The position numbers were made by a program, and so were the translations under genes. A stretch of DNA of 64,000 nucleotides from the NCBI GenBank assembly GCA_049510745.1, contig JBEKYR010000031.1:1-64000 (forward strand), read 5' to 3'. Each line of letters opens with the position of its first letter. The stretch's first letter is position 1. Source of the DNA: Verrucomicrobiota bacterium (lineage in GTDB: Bacteria > Verrucomicrobiota > Verrucomicrobiia > Limisphaerales > Palsa-1400). The notes beneath the pieces are model-generated. The model was not told the origin of the DNA. It was given only the letters and a program-made list of their open reading frames with translations, and searched no databases. Shown in pieces: positions 19,582 through 28,591 of this stretch.

Positions 19582-19827
19582 TTGAATATGAATACTCCAA
19601 ACGTCCCTGCTCCAAGCGCACCGCCTCAAGCTCCCCCCGTCGCCACCACGCCGCCCGCGGCGGCTGTGCCGGCCCAACAAACATGCACCTGCACCGGGTC
19701 CGCTCCCGCGACCGCTCCAGCCGCGGCCGCCCCGGCCGCCGCCGCTCCCAAACCGGCCGTCGGCACACCGCCCGTGGCCGCCAGACCTCCCCGCGTCCGA
19801 AAACCCCGTGTCGGGCACACCCACTAA
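19582..19827 (+). CDS. Small Pro/Ala-rich hypothetical protein with TCTC motif and basic C-terminus
   Basis: Fills the thyA-tatA gap, downstream of the sigma54-type promoter and upstream of a hairpin; start may be 19588. Confidence 0.5.
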   Translation: MNMNTPNVPAPSAPPQAPPVATTPPAAAVPAQQTCTCTGSAPATAPAAAAPAAAAPKPAVGTPPVAARPPRVRKPRVGHTH

Positions 19828-19863
19828 CCCGTAAGGACGGCAACAGGACCTGATTCGCGGCAG

Positions 19864-19893
19864 GGCCGGCGCTGAGGAGGAACGGCGCCGGCC
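19864..19893 (+). terminator. GC-rich hairpin, possible terminator
   Basis: ggccggcgctg-aggaggaa-cggcgccggcc, 11-bp stem with one G-U pair; weak U tract. Confidence 0.4.
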
Positions 19894-19986
19894 TTCGCCA
19901 CGTTGCGTACTCGCCCATGCCAGTCACTTTTTGGCGCTTTACTAATCGGACCGGTTGGTCTATGTATAGGGGAGGAAGTGCTTTTT

Positions 19987-20259
19987 ATGAATACAACTTT
20001 AGCAGTTTTGGGTCTCAGCGGCGGGGAACTGATTATCGTTCTGGTGGCCATTTTGATCCTCTTTGGCGCCAAACGGATTCCGGAGTTCGCCAAGGGCCTT
20101 GGCCAAGGCATCAAGGAGTTCAAGAAAGCCTCCTCGGACGTGACCAATGAGTTGCACAACGCCATGAACCAGGAGACGCCCCCGCCCCCACCGCCGCCAG
20201 CCAAACCCGCGACCACACCCGAAACAGCCGCTCCATCCTCCACGGTTCCGAAGTCCTGA
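19987..20259 (+). CDS. tatA: Twin-arginine translocase TatA/E
   Basis: ELIIVLVAILILFGAKRIPEFAKGLGQGIKEFKKA. Confidence 0.95.
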   Translation: MNTTLAVLGLSGGELIIVLVAILILFGAKRIPEFAKGLGQGIKEFKKASSDVTNELHNAMNQETPPPPPPPAKPATTPETAAPSSTVPKS

Positions 20260-20281
20260 TCGCGCCGGCTGATCCTCGATC

Positions 20282-21304
20282 ATGGCAGAACCGAGTGATG
20301 AACCGCAGCCCGCCGACGAGCAGGTTGAAGGCGGCGCTGTAAAGACCTTTCTCGAACATCTCGAAGACCTGCGCTGGATGCTCATCAAGAGCGGCGCGGC
20401 GATTCTGCTGTCGATGATCGTCTGCCTGTTCGGGGTCAAACAACTGGTCGTCATTCTCGATTGGCCCCGCCTGCGCGCCGAGCAGCGGCACGTCGTCTTC
20501 CTGCCGGCAAATACCAACCAGATTGTCACCGTCCAACTCGGCTCGCTCACCTTGTATTCCGGCGAGGCGAAATCCAACAAGCTGGGGCCGATCGATCTCG
20601 GCGCCAGCCAGTTTGTCACCCTGCGCCTCAATCCGGTCCAGGTAGGCTCGAATACGGTACTTGGGCTGCGCGTCGAGACCAACGGCCCTCCCCCCGCCTC
20701 GCGCGGTCCCAAGCTCATGTTCATGGACCCGGCGGCGCCGTTCATGTTTGCGTTGTACCTGGCCTTCTTTGGCGGCTTGATCCTGGCCTCGCCTTTTGTC
20801 CTCTATTTCATCGGGGAATTCGTCATGCCGGCCCTCAAGATCATCGAAAAGAAATACTTCCTGCGCGCCTTTTTCTTCGGCACCGCTTTATTTCTGGCGG
20901 GGGTGTCGTTTGCTTATTTCATGGTCATGCCGGCGGCGCTCAAATTTGCCCAGCTTTACGGCAACTGGATGGGAGTGGAGATACCGTTCTGGAACGCGGT
21001 GGAGTATTCGAGCTTTCTCATCAAATTCATGTTCGGGATGGGCGCCGGCTTTGAACTGCCGGTCGTCCTGCTGGCGCTGGTCAAAATCGGGGTGCTCGAT
21101 TATGCCAAACTCAGCGCCATGCGCCGTTACATGATCGTCGGAAACCTGATCCTGGGCGCGCTGCTGACGACGCCGGAAGTGTTTACTCAAATCTGCATGG
21201 CCATCGCCCTGCAACTGCTCTTTGAAGTTTCGGTCTGGATCGCCTGGTACTGGGAATTGCAGAAGAAACGGCGCGCCGCAAACACCTCACACTCAGGCGA
21301 TTAA
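20282..21304 (+). CDS. tatC: Twin-arginine translocase TatC with enlarged first periplasmic loop
   Basis: FLEHLEDLRWMLIK, FVMPALKIIEKKY, GVSFAYF, FELP; follows tatA. Confidence 0.92.
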   Translation: MAEPSDEPQPADEQVEGGAVKTFLEHLEDLRWMLIKSGAAILLSMIVCLFGVKQLVVILDWPRLRAEQRHVVFLPANTNQIVTVQLGSLTLYSGEAKSNKLGPIDLGASQFVTLRLNPVQVGSNTVLGLRVETNGPPPASRGPKLMFMDPAAPFMFALYLAFFGGLILASPFVLYFIGEFVMPALKIIEKKYFLRAFFFGTALFLAGVSFAYFMVMPAALKFAQLYGNWMGVEIPFWNAVEYSSFLIKFMFGMGAGFELPVVLLALVKIGVLDYAKLSAMRRYMIVGNLILGALLTTPEVFTQICMAIALQLLFEVSVWIAWYWELQKKRRAANTSHSGD

Positions 21305-21371
21305 AATCTTTCAAAAAAAACTCGACAAACTCTGGATGGAAAGTTTAAGCTCACATAAAGAGTGTTTAAGT

Positions 21372-21818
21372 ATGCTAAATAAGTCTTCCGTTTTTTTGCC
21401 GCTTGCCATCGTTTCGTGCCTGCTGGCGGGCTGCGCCGGTCCGGAGCAAAAGTTGGGGCGCGGCATCAACAACACGGCCGAGGTTTTCCGGTTCGGAGAA
21501 GTGCGCCGCTCCATCGAGCAAACCGCCGTCTTTGGCTCTCCCGATCAATCGCGCACCATCGGTTTCATTCATGGCATGGATCGCTCCCTCGAACGCGTCG
21601 GCGCCGGCTTGTATGAAGTCGTCACTTTTCCCATCCCCAACCATGCGCCCGGCGACTACGGTCCGATTATGCGCCCGGCGGACCCGGTCTATCCGGACAG
21701 CTACAAACCCAACTGGGTGATCACTTCCACGCTCCAGCCGGATGCCTCGCTCGGTTTCGGCGGTGGAGACGTGGCGCCAATCATCCCAGGCAGCCGCTTC
21801 CGCATCTTCGACAACTGA
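21372..21818 (+). CDS. Exosortase-system-associated lipoprotein (TIGR04073-like)
   Basis: Lipobox LAGC; KLGRGINN...E...R.GAGLYEVVTFPIP. Confidence 0.75.
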   Translation: MLNKSSVFLPLAIVSCLLAGCAGPEQKLGRGINNTAEVFRFGEVRRSIEQTAVFGSPDQSRTIGFIHGMDRSLERVGAGLYEVVTFPIPNHAPGDYGPIMRPADPVYPDSYKPNWVITSTLQPDASLGFGGGDVAPIIPGSRFRIFDN

Positions 21819-21872
21819 CCTGAAACCGGGGCGCCACACTTTGCGGGGCGGCGGCGCACACGGCTTGGTTTC

Positions 21873-22754
21873 ATGCTTGAAAAGGCCTCATCCTGCAAAG
21901 TCAACCTCCTGCTCAACATCCTGGGAAAGCGGGCTGACGGCTTTCATGAACTGGAAACAGTCCTGCATCCGCTCAACCTCTGCGACCGGCTGACCTTCGA
22001 ACGGGCGGGCGAGGAGATCAAACTCAGTTGCAGCGACCCGCGCCTTCCCATCAACTCCAAAAACCTCGTCTTTCGCGCCGCCGACCTCTTTTTGGACGCC
22101 GCCGACATCCCTCCCAGTGAGGGCGTTCGCATTCATCTGCAAAAGCAAATCCCTCTCGCCGCCGGCCTCGGCGGGGGCAGCGGCAACGCCGCCGTCACCT
22201 TGCTGGCGATGAACGAGCTTTTTGGCCATCCCCTGCCGCCGTCCAAACTGGCGGAATTGGCCGCCTCGCTGGGTTCGGACATCGCCTTCTTTTTGCAAGG
22301 CAAACCCGCCCTGGCCACCGGCCGCGGCGAAATCATCAGGCCCCTGGAGTTTTTCCCCGCCCTGCGCGGCACGCATTTGCTGCTCGTCCACCCTGGCTTT
22401 GGCATCTCCACCCCTTGGGCCTATGAACAGTTGGCCCGCTTTCCCGCTGCCTTGCGCGGCGCGCCCGGACGCGCCGAACGGCTCATTTCCCTCCTCCAAA
22501 CCGACCTGGCCGCGGCGGCCCCGGAGTTTTACAACTCCCTGGAAGCGCCGGTCTTGCGGAAGTATCCATTGCTGGAGCTGTTCCAGGAGTTCTTCCGGGA
22601 AGAAGGCGCCCTGGCGACCCTGATGTCCGGCAGCGGTTCAACCACCTTCGCCTTGACCGGGGAGCGGGGCCAGGCCGAGCAGCTTCTGGAGAACCTTAAA
22701 GCGAAATTCGGCCTAAACCTTTGGACGGCAATTGTCAGAACAAGCGACGGCTAA
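21873..22754 (+). CDS. ispE: 4-diphosphocytidyl-2-C-methyl-D-erythritol kinase
   Basis: KVNLLL, DGFHELET, KQIPLAAGLGGGSGNAA, LGSDIAFF, NSLE, MSGSGST. Confidence 0.96.
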   Translation: MLEKASSCKVNLLLNILGKRADGFHELETVLHPLNLCDRLTFERAGEEIKLSCSDPRLPINSKNLVFRAADLFLDAADIPPSEGVRIHLQKQIPLAAGLGGGSGNAAVTLLAMNELFGHPLPPSKLAELAASLGSDIAFFLQGKPALATGRGEIIRPLEFFPALRGTHLLLVHPGFGISTPWAYEQLARFPAALRGAPGRAERLISLLQTDLAAAAPEFYNSLEAPVLRKYPLLELFQEFFREEGALATLMSGSGSTTFALTGERGQAEQLLENLKAKFGLNLWTAIVRTSDG

Positions 22755-22866
22755 CGCCCCTGCCCGGGCGCGAAAATCCGAATAATGCCTGTTTTGGGCC
22801 TTTTTCGGGCCTTTTTTGCCTGAAAACGGCCCCGGCCGCCCCCCTCATTTTTCCCGCTTTTTCCCG

Positions 22867-22894
22867 TTGACATTTCCCGCCGGGTCAGTAGTCT
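22867..22894 (+). promoter_or_regulatory. Sigma70-type promoter
   Basis: TTGACA-16 nt-TAGTCT, ending 36 nt before the FecR-domain ATG. Confidence 0.5.
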
Positions 22895-22930
22895 TGAGCC
22901 GAAGCAGATGTACATATCATCACGAATTTT

Positions 22931-23686
22931 ATGAAAAAAATCCTACCCCTTGTGGCGTGCGCCGTGGCGCTCGCGTTAATCGGTGCGGCAACTCTCAGGT
23001 CGGCGGAAATGGGCCGCAAAGAAGGCAAAGCCGTCGTGAGAGCAGTTCATGGCAACGTCGAGTATGAATCCAACGGCTCCTGGCTGAAAATGAAGGTGAA
23101 CATGGACCTGGCCCCCGGTGTGAGGATTCGCACCGGCCCGGATTCCTATACCGACCTGTTTGTCAATAATTCCTCCACCGTCCGCATCACCCAGGATACG
23201 TCGATGATCATTCCCGAAATGTTCCGCGTTGGCCCTGTCAGGGGAGCGGACACGGAAACGACCTTGGACCTGCAAACCGGCACGATCCTCGGCAACGTCA
23301 AGAAACTTTCCGCCAATTCCCACTATGAAATTAAAACGCCCCACGGCATCGCCGGTATTCGCGGCACCGACTTTCAAGTGACTTGCGTTTCGCAACCCAA
23401 TGGCGGGTACGTCGTCACCTTCACCAGCGTGACGGGCGAAGTGGTCGTTTCGGCAATAGTCGGTCCCCCCGGAACACCCCCCACGGTGAAAGTGCTGCGG
23501 ACGGGTGAATCCTGGACGCCGGGCCAGGGCGACGTCGTCCCAACGCCACAGGCGGTTATCGCTGCGGCGATAGACATTATCAAAAACTTGCCTGGCGGTA
23601 TCCCTCCAAGCGTTAATATCCCGACCCCGCCGCCGAAACCGCCGCCGTACACCCCGCCAGTTACGCCCAGTTCGCCCTCTTCCTAG
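22931..23686 (+). CDS. Secreted FecR-domain protein with Pro-rich tail
   Basis: Signal peptide; IRTGPDS, LDLQTGTI, YEIKTPHGIAGIRGTDF. Confidence 0.85.
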   Translation: MKKILPLVACAVALALIGAATLRSAEMGRKEGKAVVRAVHGNVEYESNGSWLKMKVNMDLAPGVRIRTGPDSYTDLFVNNSSTVRITQDTSMIIPEMFRVGPVRGADTETTLDLQTGTILGNVKKLSANSHYEIKTPHGIAGIRGTDFQVTCVSQPNGGYVVTFTSVTGEVVVSAIVGPPGTPPTVKVLRTGESWTPGQGDVVPTPQAVIAAAIDIIKNLPGGIPPSVNIPTPPPKPPPYTPPVTPSSPSS

Positions 23687-23761
23687 TTGGCCGGCGGCTG
23701 CGGTGAGAGATTTCACCCGGAGCGACTTGTGTTGCTCCGGGTTTTTTGTTTAGCTTCGGCC

Positions 23762-26068
23762 ATGCGCCTGAGTTTTATCCGATCACCGGCTTTTTTTAGC
23801 GCGGCTCCCGTCATTCTTGGCGTGTGCGCCCTCGAGTTGGCCCACCTCGTGGCCTTCCAACGCATGGAATGGATGACCTACGACTGGCGCGCCCGCCTGG
23901 CCCACAGTTATGCCGGGGCCGCGGCTCAGAATGCGACCAACCTGGGGTTGATCGAAGTCAGCGACACCACCATCGCGGCCGTGAACAGCGGGGAATTCGG
24001 CTTCACCTTCGGCCTCTACTGGCCCCGCGAAGTTTATTCCCGCGGCTTGCATGAACTTTCCCGCGACGGTGTCAAATGCGTCGCCTTCGATGTGCTCTTC
24101 GCCGAACAGCGCTTCGATCATCCCGATGTGCCGCTGCGGGACGGGACGAAGGTCAGTTCCGACGAGTACTTTGCGCGTCAATTAAAAGAATCCGGCAACG
24201 TCATCCTGGCGGCCGACCAGGATTTGATGCCGCATCGGCTCTTTGCCACCAACGCCTGGTGCGTCGCCAACATTTCCGTCAGCCGCGATGCCGACGGCGT
24301 CTTGCGCCGCGACCGGGCCTACGAGGACATTCGCGTCTGGGACCCGCTCATCCAAAACGTGGCCAAGTCCTACGACTTCAACCTCCGCCGGACGAGGATC
24401 GAGCCGAACAAAATCATTTTTGTGCGCCAGCGGGGCGGGGAAACGGTGGAGTTCCCCACCGATGGCACGGGCAGCATCGAGACCACTAATATCCTCAGTT
24501 CGATTCCCCCCGGCTTTCCGCGCAAGATCATTCCCTACCGCCTTTACCGCGCCTGGAGCATGGGCATCCGCATGGCCTCCAGGGAACTCCAGCTCGATTT
24601 GGACCACGTCGATTTCGAGCCGGGACGGATTATCCTGCACGGCGTGAACGGGATCACCCGCACGATTCCAGTCGATAACGACGGCTATTTTTACGTCGAT
24701 TGGGCCATGACCCCAAACGATCCGCGCCTGACGCGGGGCGCCTTCGAGGAATTGCTGGCCGCGCCGATCGAACGCGCCAATGGCAACACCGTGACCAATT
24801 TTTGGAAGGACAAGCTCGTGCTGGTCGGTTCGACCGCCACCGGCAATGATCTGGCCGACGTCGGCGCCACCCCGCTGGAGAGCCACACCTTCCTTGTCAC
24901 CAAACATTTGAACGTGGCCAACTCCGTCATCACCGGCCGCTTCATTCACACCACCCCGCTCGTTGTCAGCCTCTTGCTCATCCTCCTGGTCGGCGTGGCC
25001 TCGGCCTGGATCACCTGGGGCGTGGCCAAAGCGGCCCACGGCAGTTTGCTCATGCTCGCGTTTGCCGCCGTCTATGTCATCGCCACCTTGATCCTCTTCG
25101 AGGAGTTCCGCCTCTGGGTGCCGATAATCCTGCCTATGGTTTGCGCCGGTTTCGTCACTCATCTTTCCGCCGTCACCTTCCGCGTGCGCGTCGAGCAATC
25201 GGAAAGAAAACGGGTCAAGCAGCTTTTCTCCCGCCTGGTTTCCCCCGACGTCGTCAATGAAGTCCTCAATGCTCCCTCGCTCAAGGTGGGCGGCATCCGG
25301 CGCGAGATGACCATCTATTTTGCCGACGTCCGCGGCTTCACCGAATTGACCGATGAAACCCAGGCCCACGCCGCCGAATACATCCAGCAGCACAACCTGA
25401 GCGCGGACCAGGCCGAAGATTACTACGACGCCCAGGCCCGCGAAACCCTCAACACCGTCAGCACTTACCTCGGTACCATCGCCGACTGCGTCAAACAGCA
25501 CAAAGGAACCCTCGACAAGTACATCGGCGACTGCGTCATGGCTTTTTGGGGCGCCCCACTGCCCAATCCCCGCCACGCCGTGGACGCGGTGCGGTCGGCC
25601 ATTGACGCGCAACTGGCGCTCTATGCGTTGAATATGGAACGCCAGGCGCGCAACAAACAGATCGCGGAGGAAAACGCCGCGCGCGTCAAGCTGGGGCAGC
25701 CGCCGCTTCCCTACCTGCCGGTCCTTTTCATGGGCAGCGGGATCAACACCGGCACCGCCATCGCGGGATTGATGGGTTCCGACGCCCACATCGTCAACTA
25801 TACTGTTTTTGGCCGCGAGGTCAACCTGGCCAGCCGCCTGGAGGGCGTTTCCGGCCACGCCCGCATCATCATCGGCGAGGCCACCCACGCCGCCCTCAAA
25901 CGGGACGATCCCAAGCTGGCGGAAGCCTGCATCGAACTGGAACCCCAGAAGGTCAAGGGCTTTCGCACCGCCGTCCGGATTTTCGAGGTGTTGTGGCAGC
26001 CCGTTTCCGGCGCCCCGCTGCCCCCCGGCAGCACGGAGTACCGCGAGCGCAAGGCCGCTTCCCACTGA
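23762..26068 (+). CDS. CHASE2-domain class III adenylate/guanylate cyclase
   Basis: YDWR, WPREVY, VAFDVLF, DADGVLRR, DKLVLVG; three TMs; FADVRGFT, DKYIGDCVMAFWGAP, VNLASRLEG. Confidence 0.93.
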   Translation: MRLSFIRSPAFFSAAPVILGVCALELAHLVAFQRMEWMTYDWRARLAHSYAGAAAQNATNLGLIEVSDTTIAAVNSGEFGFTFGLYWPREVYSRGLHELSRDGVKCVAFDVLFAEQRFDHPDVPLRDGTKVSSDEYFARQLKESGNVILAADQDLMPHRLFATNAWCVANISVSRDADGVLRRDRAYEDIRVWDPLIQNVAKSYDFNLRRTRIEPNKIIFVRQRGGETVEFPTDGTGSIETTNILSSIPPGFPRKIIPYRLYRAWSMGIRMASRELQLDLDHVDFEPGRIILHGVNGITRTIPVDNDGYFYVDWAMTPNDPRLTRGAFEELLAAPIERANGNTVTNFWKDKLVLVGSTATGNDLADVGATPLESHTFLVTKHLNVANSVITGRFIHTTPLVVSLLLILLVGVASAWITWGVAKAAHGSLLMLAFAAVYVIATLILFEEFRLWVPIILPMVCAGFVTHLSAVTFRVRVEQSERKRVKQLFSRLVSPDVVNEVLNAPSLKVGGIRREMTIYFADVRGFTELTDETQAHAAEYIQQHNLSADQAEDYYDAQARETLNTVSTYLGTIADCVKQHKGTLDKYIGDCVMAFWGAPLPNPRHAVDAVRSAIDAQLALYALNMERQARNKQIAEENAARVKLGQPPLPYLPVLFMGSGINTGTAIAGLMGSDAHIVNYTVFGREVNLASRLEGVSGHARIIIGEATHAALKRDDPKLAEACIELEPQKVKGFRTAVRIFEVLWQPVSGAPLPPGSTEYRERKAASH

Positions 26069-26179
26069 ACTGGTTCTTTGCCATGGCCTTGGCCGCCCTC
26101 GGTGTCGTGGAAATGATTGCCGCCAAATCCATTCCGATGCCCTGACCGAAAACGCCGGGAAAACTGCCAAAGAAATCCA

Positions 26180-26247
26180 TTGACAAGCCTCGGCGGAAAG
26201 CACTATTAGAAGCGTGCCGCACCTCGCGCGGGCACAAGCTGTAGTAG
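26180..26247 (+). promoter_or_regulatory. TTGACA -35 box plus two candidate NrdR boxes
   Basis: TTGACA 26180-26185; gcaCtAttagaaGcgt (26200-26215) and gcaCaAgcTgTaGtag (26232-26247), starts 32 bp apart. Confidence 0.55.
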
Positions 26248-26276
26248 CCTGCCTCGCCCTGATGCGGGCGAGGCCG

Positions 26277-28526
26277 ATGAGTGATTTGCCGCAAGAACAA
26301 TTACACATTCAAGGGCTTGATCCCTTGGAAGGGAGAACTTTTCGCGTCCGAAAACGCGATGGCCGGACCGAGGAATTCAACGAGGCGCGAATTCTTCTCG
26401 CTCTGGAATGCGCCTTCAAGGCCCACCACGGCCTCAGCCCTGAGAAACATTTGCCGGATGCGGTGCAAGCCGCGGTCAAGAAATGCGCCGACCATGTGGT
26501 CGAACGCGTCTTGAGCCGCGCGGTCAAGGGCGAGGAGTTGGAAGTCGAGCGCATCCAGGACGCGGCCGAGGACCAACTGATGACCGAGGGCCACCTGGAG
26601 GTGGCGCGCCGCTACATCCTCTACCGGGAAGAACGCCGCCGGACGCGGGTCGAGCGCGAATTGCGCGCCGTGTTCCAGGAATCAAAGCCGCCGCCGCCTG
26701 TCCCCAAAACCCCGACCGCCGCGCCGCCGGAAGAGCGTCCGCGAGCGGGGGGCCTTTCGGCGCAAGAATGGCTGCGCAGCATTTACGGCCAAGCCCTGCC
26801 CAAGCCACGGCCCGGTGAAACACTCCAAGAGGTTCATCGCCGCCATTTCGACTGCTGCCTCAACGAAGGAGAGTATCTGCGCCTGGTGGACGCCGAGTTG
26901 CTGGAGTTTGACTCCGCACGCCTCGCCCGCGGCCTGCGCCTGGAACGGGACCAAACCTTCACGGCGGCGGGATTGGAGGCGCTGCACGACCTTTACCTGC
27001 CCCGCGAAAATGGCCGCCGCCTCCAAACACCGCAGCATTTCTGGATGAAGATCGCCATGGGGCTGGCCTTGAACGAAGGCGCGGCGCGGGAAACGCGCGC
27101 CCTGGAGTTTTACGAAGTTCTCTCCACCTTCCGTTTCGTTCCCTCGGATTTGATCTTGCGCCACGCCGGCTCGCCCCATCCGCAACTGAGCGCCTGCCAC
27201 GGGGCCGCCTCCGCCTCTGATCTCGAACACGTCACGCTCCAACCCGGCGGCCCGGCCTGCTCCTGGCTGGAGCCTTGGCACCGTGATGTTTTGGCTTTCC
27301 TGGCGCGGCCCCAACCCGGCGGCGCTCCGTCGGACCCGCAATTGAACAAAGGGCTGTGGGTGCCGGACCTGTTCATGAAACGGCTCCGCCAGCAGGGCTC
27401 CTGGACGATCTTCGATCCCGGCGAGGCCGACGGCCTGCGCCGCTGCCAGGGCGCGGAATTTGAGGCGCGGTACCTCGAATACGAGCAACAAGCCGCGCGG
27501 GGCGGCCTGCGCTTTTCCCGGCGGATAAACGCAGCGGACTTGTGGCGCCAGGTCCTGGTGTCGCTCCTGCAAACCGGCCAGCCCTGGCTCGGCTTCAAGG
27601 ACGCTGTCAATACTCGTTCCACGCGGGACCACCGCGGCCCGGTTTGCGGCGCGGGCGTGGATGGCGACGTTTTGCCCAAGACCTTCCCCTACGAAGGGAC
27701 CGCCTGCCCGTTGGGAGCGATCAACCTCGCCGCCCATCTGACGGATCGGGGCGTTGGTCTCGATGTGACGCAATTGCGGGCCACCGTCACCGCGGCGGTT
27801 CGCATGCTCGATAACGCCGTCGATTTGAGCGCCTACCCGGCGGAGCCGCTTCGCGCCGCCAGCCGGGAACAGCGGCCCATCGGCCTGGGTGTGGCGGGCT
27901 TTGCCGATGCCCTCGACCGCCTCCAACTCCAGCCGGCCAGCGCGGCCGCCGCCGACTTTGCCGACTGGAGCATGGAATTGGTCTCTTACTTTGCCATCCT
28001 GGCCTCGGCGGAACTGGCCGCCGAACGCGGCCCCTGTCCCGGCTATGCCGCCTCCAAGTGGAGCCGCGGCCTCCTGCCCCTCGACACCCTGGCGCTGCTG
28101 TCAAGCAGACGCGGCCTGCCCGTGGATGTCAACGCCGCCGCCGCCCAGGATTGGGAACCCGTCCGCGCCATGATTCGGCGGCATGGGATGCGCCACTGCG
28201 CCACCACCGCCGTCGCCTCCTGCCACGGCCCCGCCCGTGTCGCCGGCCTGGCTCCCTTCCCGGACGCCGGAGCGACCGACCCTTTCTGGCTGATCGAGTG
28301 CGCGGCGCGGCGTCAGAAATGGATCGACCTGGGCCACACCCTCGACCTGCCCGCGCCGGAACGGGACCTGGCGAAAATCTCGCGCCTCTACACGCAGGCC
28401 TGGGAAAAAGGGCTGAAAACCATCCATCAGTTGCTTCCCGCCGCGCAACTTCAGGAACATCCGGGCGTGGCCGGGGTCCCGGCGGCGATCCAGCCGCCGC
28501 CGGAAATGGCCGCCGCCCCGGTTTGA
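26277..28526 (+). CDS. ATP-cone-containing ribonucleotide reductase alpha (NrdA)-like protein, predicted catalytically inactive
   Basis: ATP-cone VRKRDG...VERIQD...VARRYILYRE; PQHFWMKIAMGLA, PQLSAC, WVPDLFMKR, QTGQPWLGFKD, RPIGLGVAG, RRQKWID, AWEKGLKT; catalytic motifs altered. Confidence 0.85.
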   Translation: MSDLPQEQLHIQGLDPLEGRTFRVRKRDGRTEEFNEARILLALECAFKAHHGLSPEKHLPDAVQAAVKKCADHVVERVLSRAVKGEELEVERIQDAAEDQLMTEGHLEVARRYILYREERRRTRVERELRAVFQESKPPPPVPKTPTAAPPEERPRAGGLSAQEWLRSIYGQALPKPRPGETLQEVHRRHFDCCLNEGEYLRLVDAELLEFDSARLARGLRLERDQTFTAAGLEALHDLYLPRENGRRLQTPQHFWMKIAMGLALNEGAARETRALEFYEVLSTFRFVPSDLILRHAGSPHPQLSACHGAASASDLEHVTLQPGGPACSWLEPWHRDVLAFLARPQPGGAPSDPQLNKGLWVPDLFMKRLRQQGSWTIFDPGEADGLRRCQGAEFEARYLEYEQQAARGGLRFSRRINAADLWRQVLVSLLQTGQPWLGFKDAVNTRSTRDHRGPVCGAGVDGDVLPKTFPYEGTACPLGAINLAAHLTDRGVGLDVTQLRATVTAAVRMLDNAVDLSAYPAEPLRAASREQRPIGLGVAGFADALDRLQLQPASAAAADFADWSMELVSYFAILASAELAAERGPCPGYAASKWSRGLLPLDTLALLSSRRGLPVDVNAAAAQDWEPVRAMIRRHGMRHCATTAVASCHGPARVAGLAPFPDAGATDPFWLIECAARRQKWIDLGHTLDLPAPERDLAKISRLYTQAWEKGLKTIHQLLPAAQLQEHPGVAGVPAAIQPPPEMAAAPV

Positions 28527-28591
28527 TGTTAGGTTCCTGAAACGGTTACGAAAGCTCTTCGTTGACCGGGCCCGGCCGAGGCTCCAGCGGG

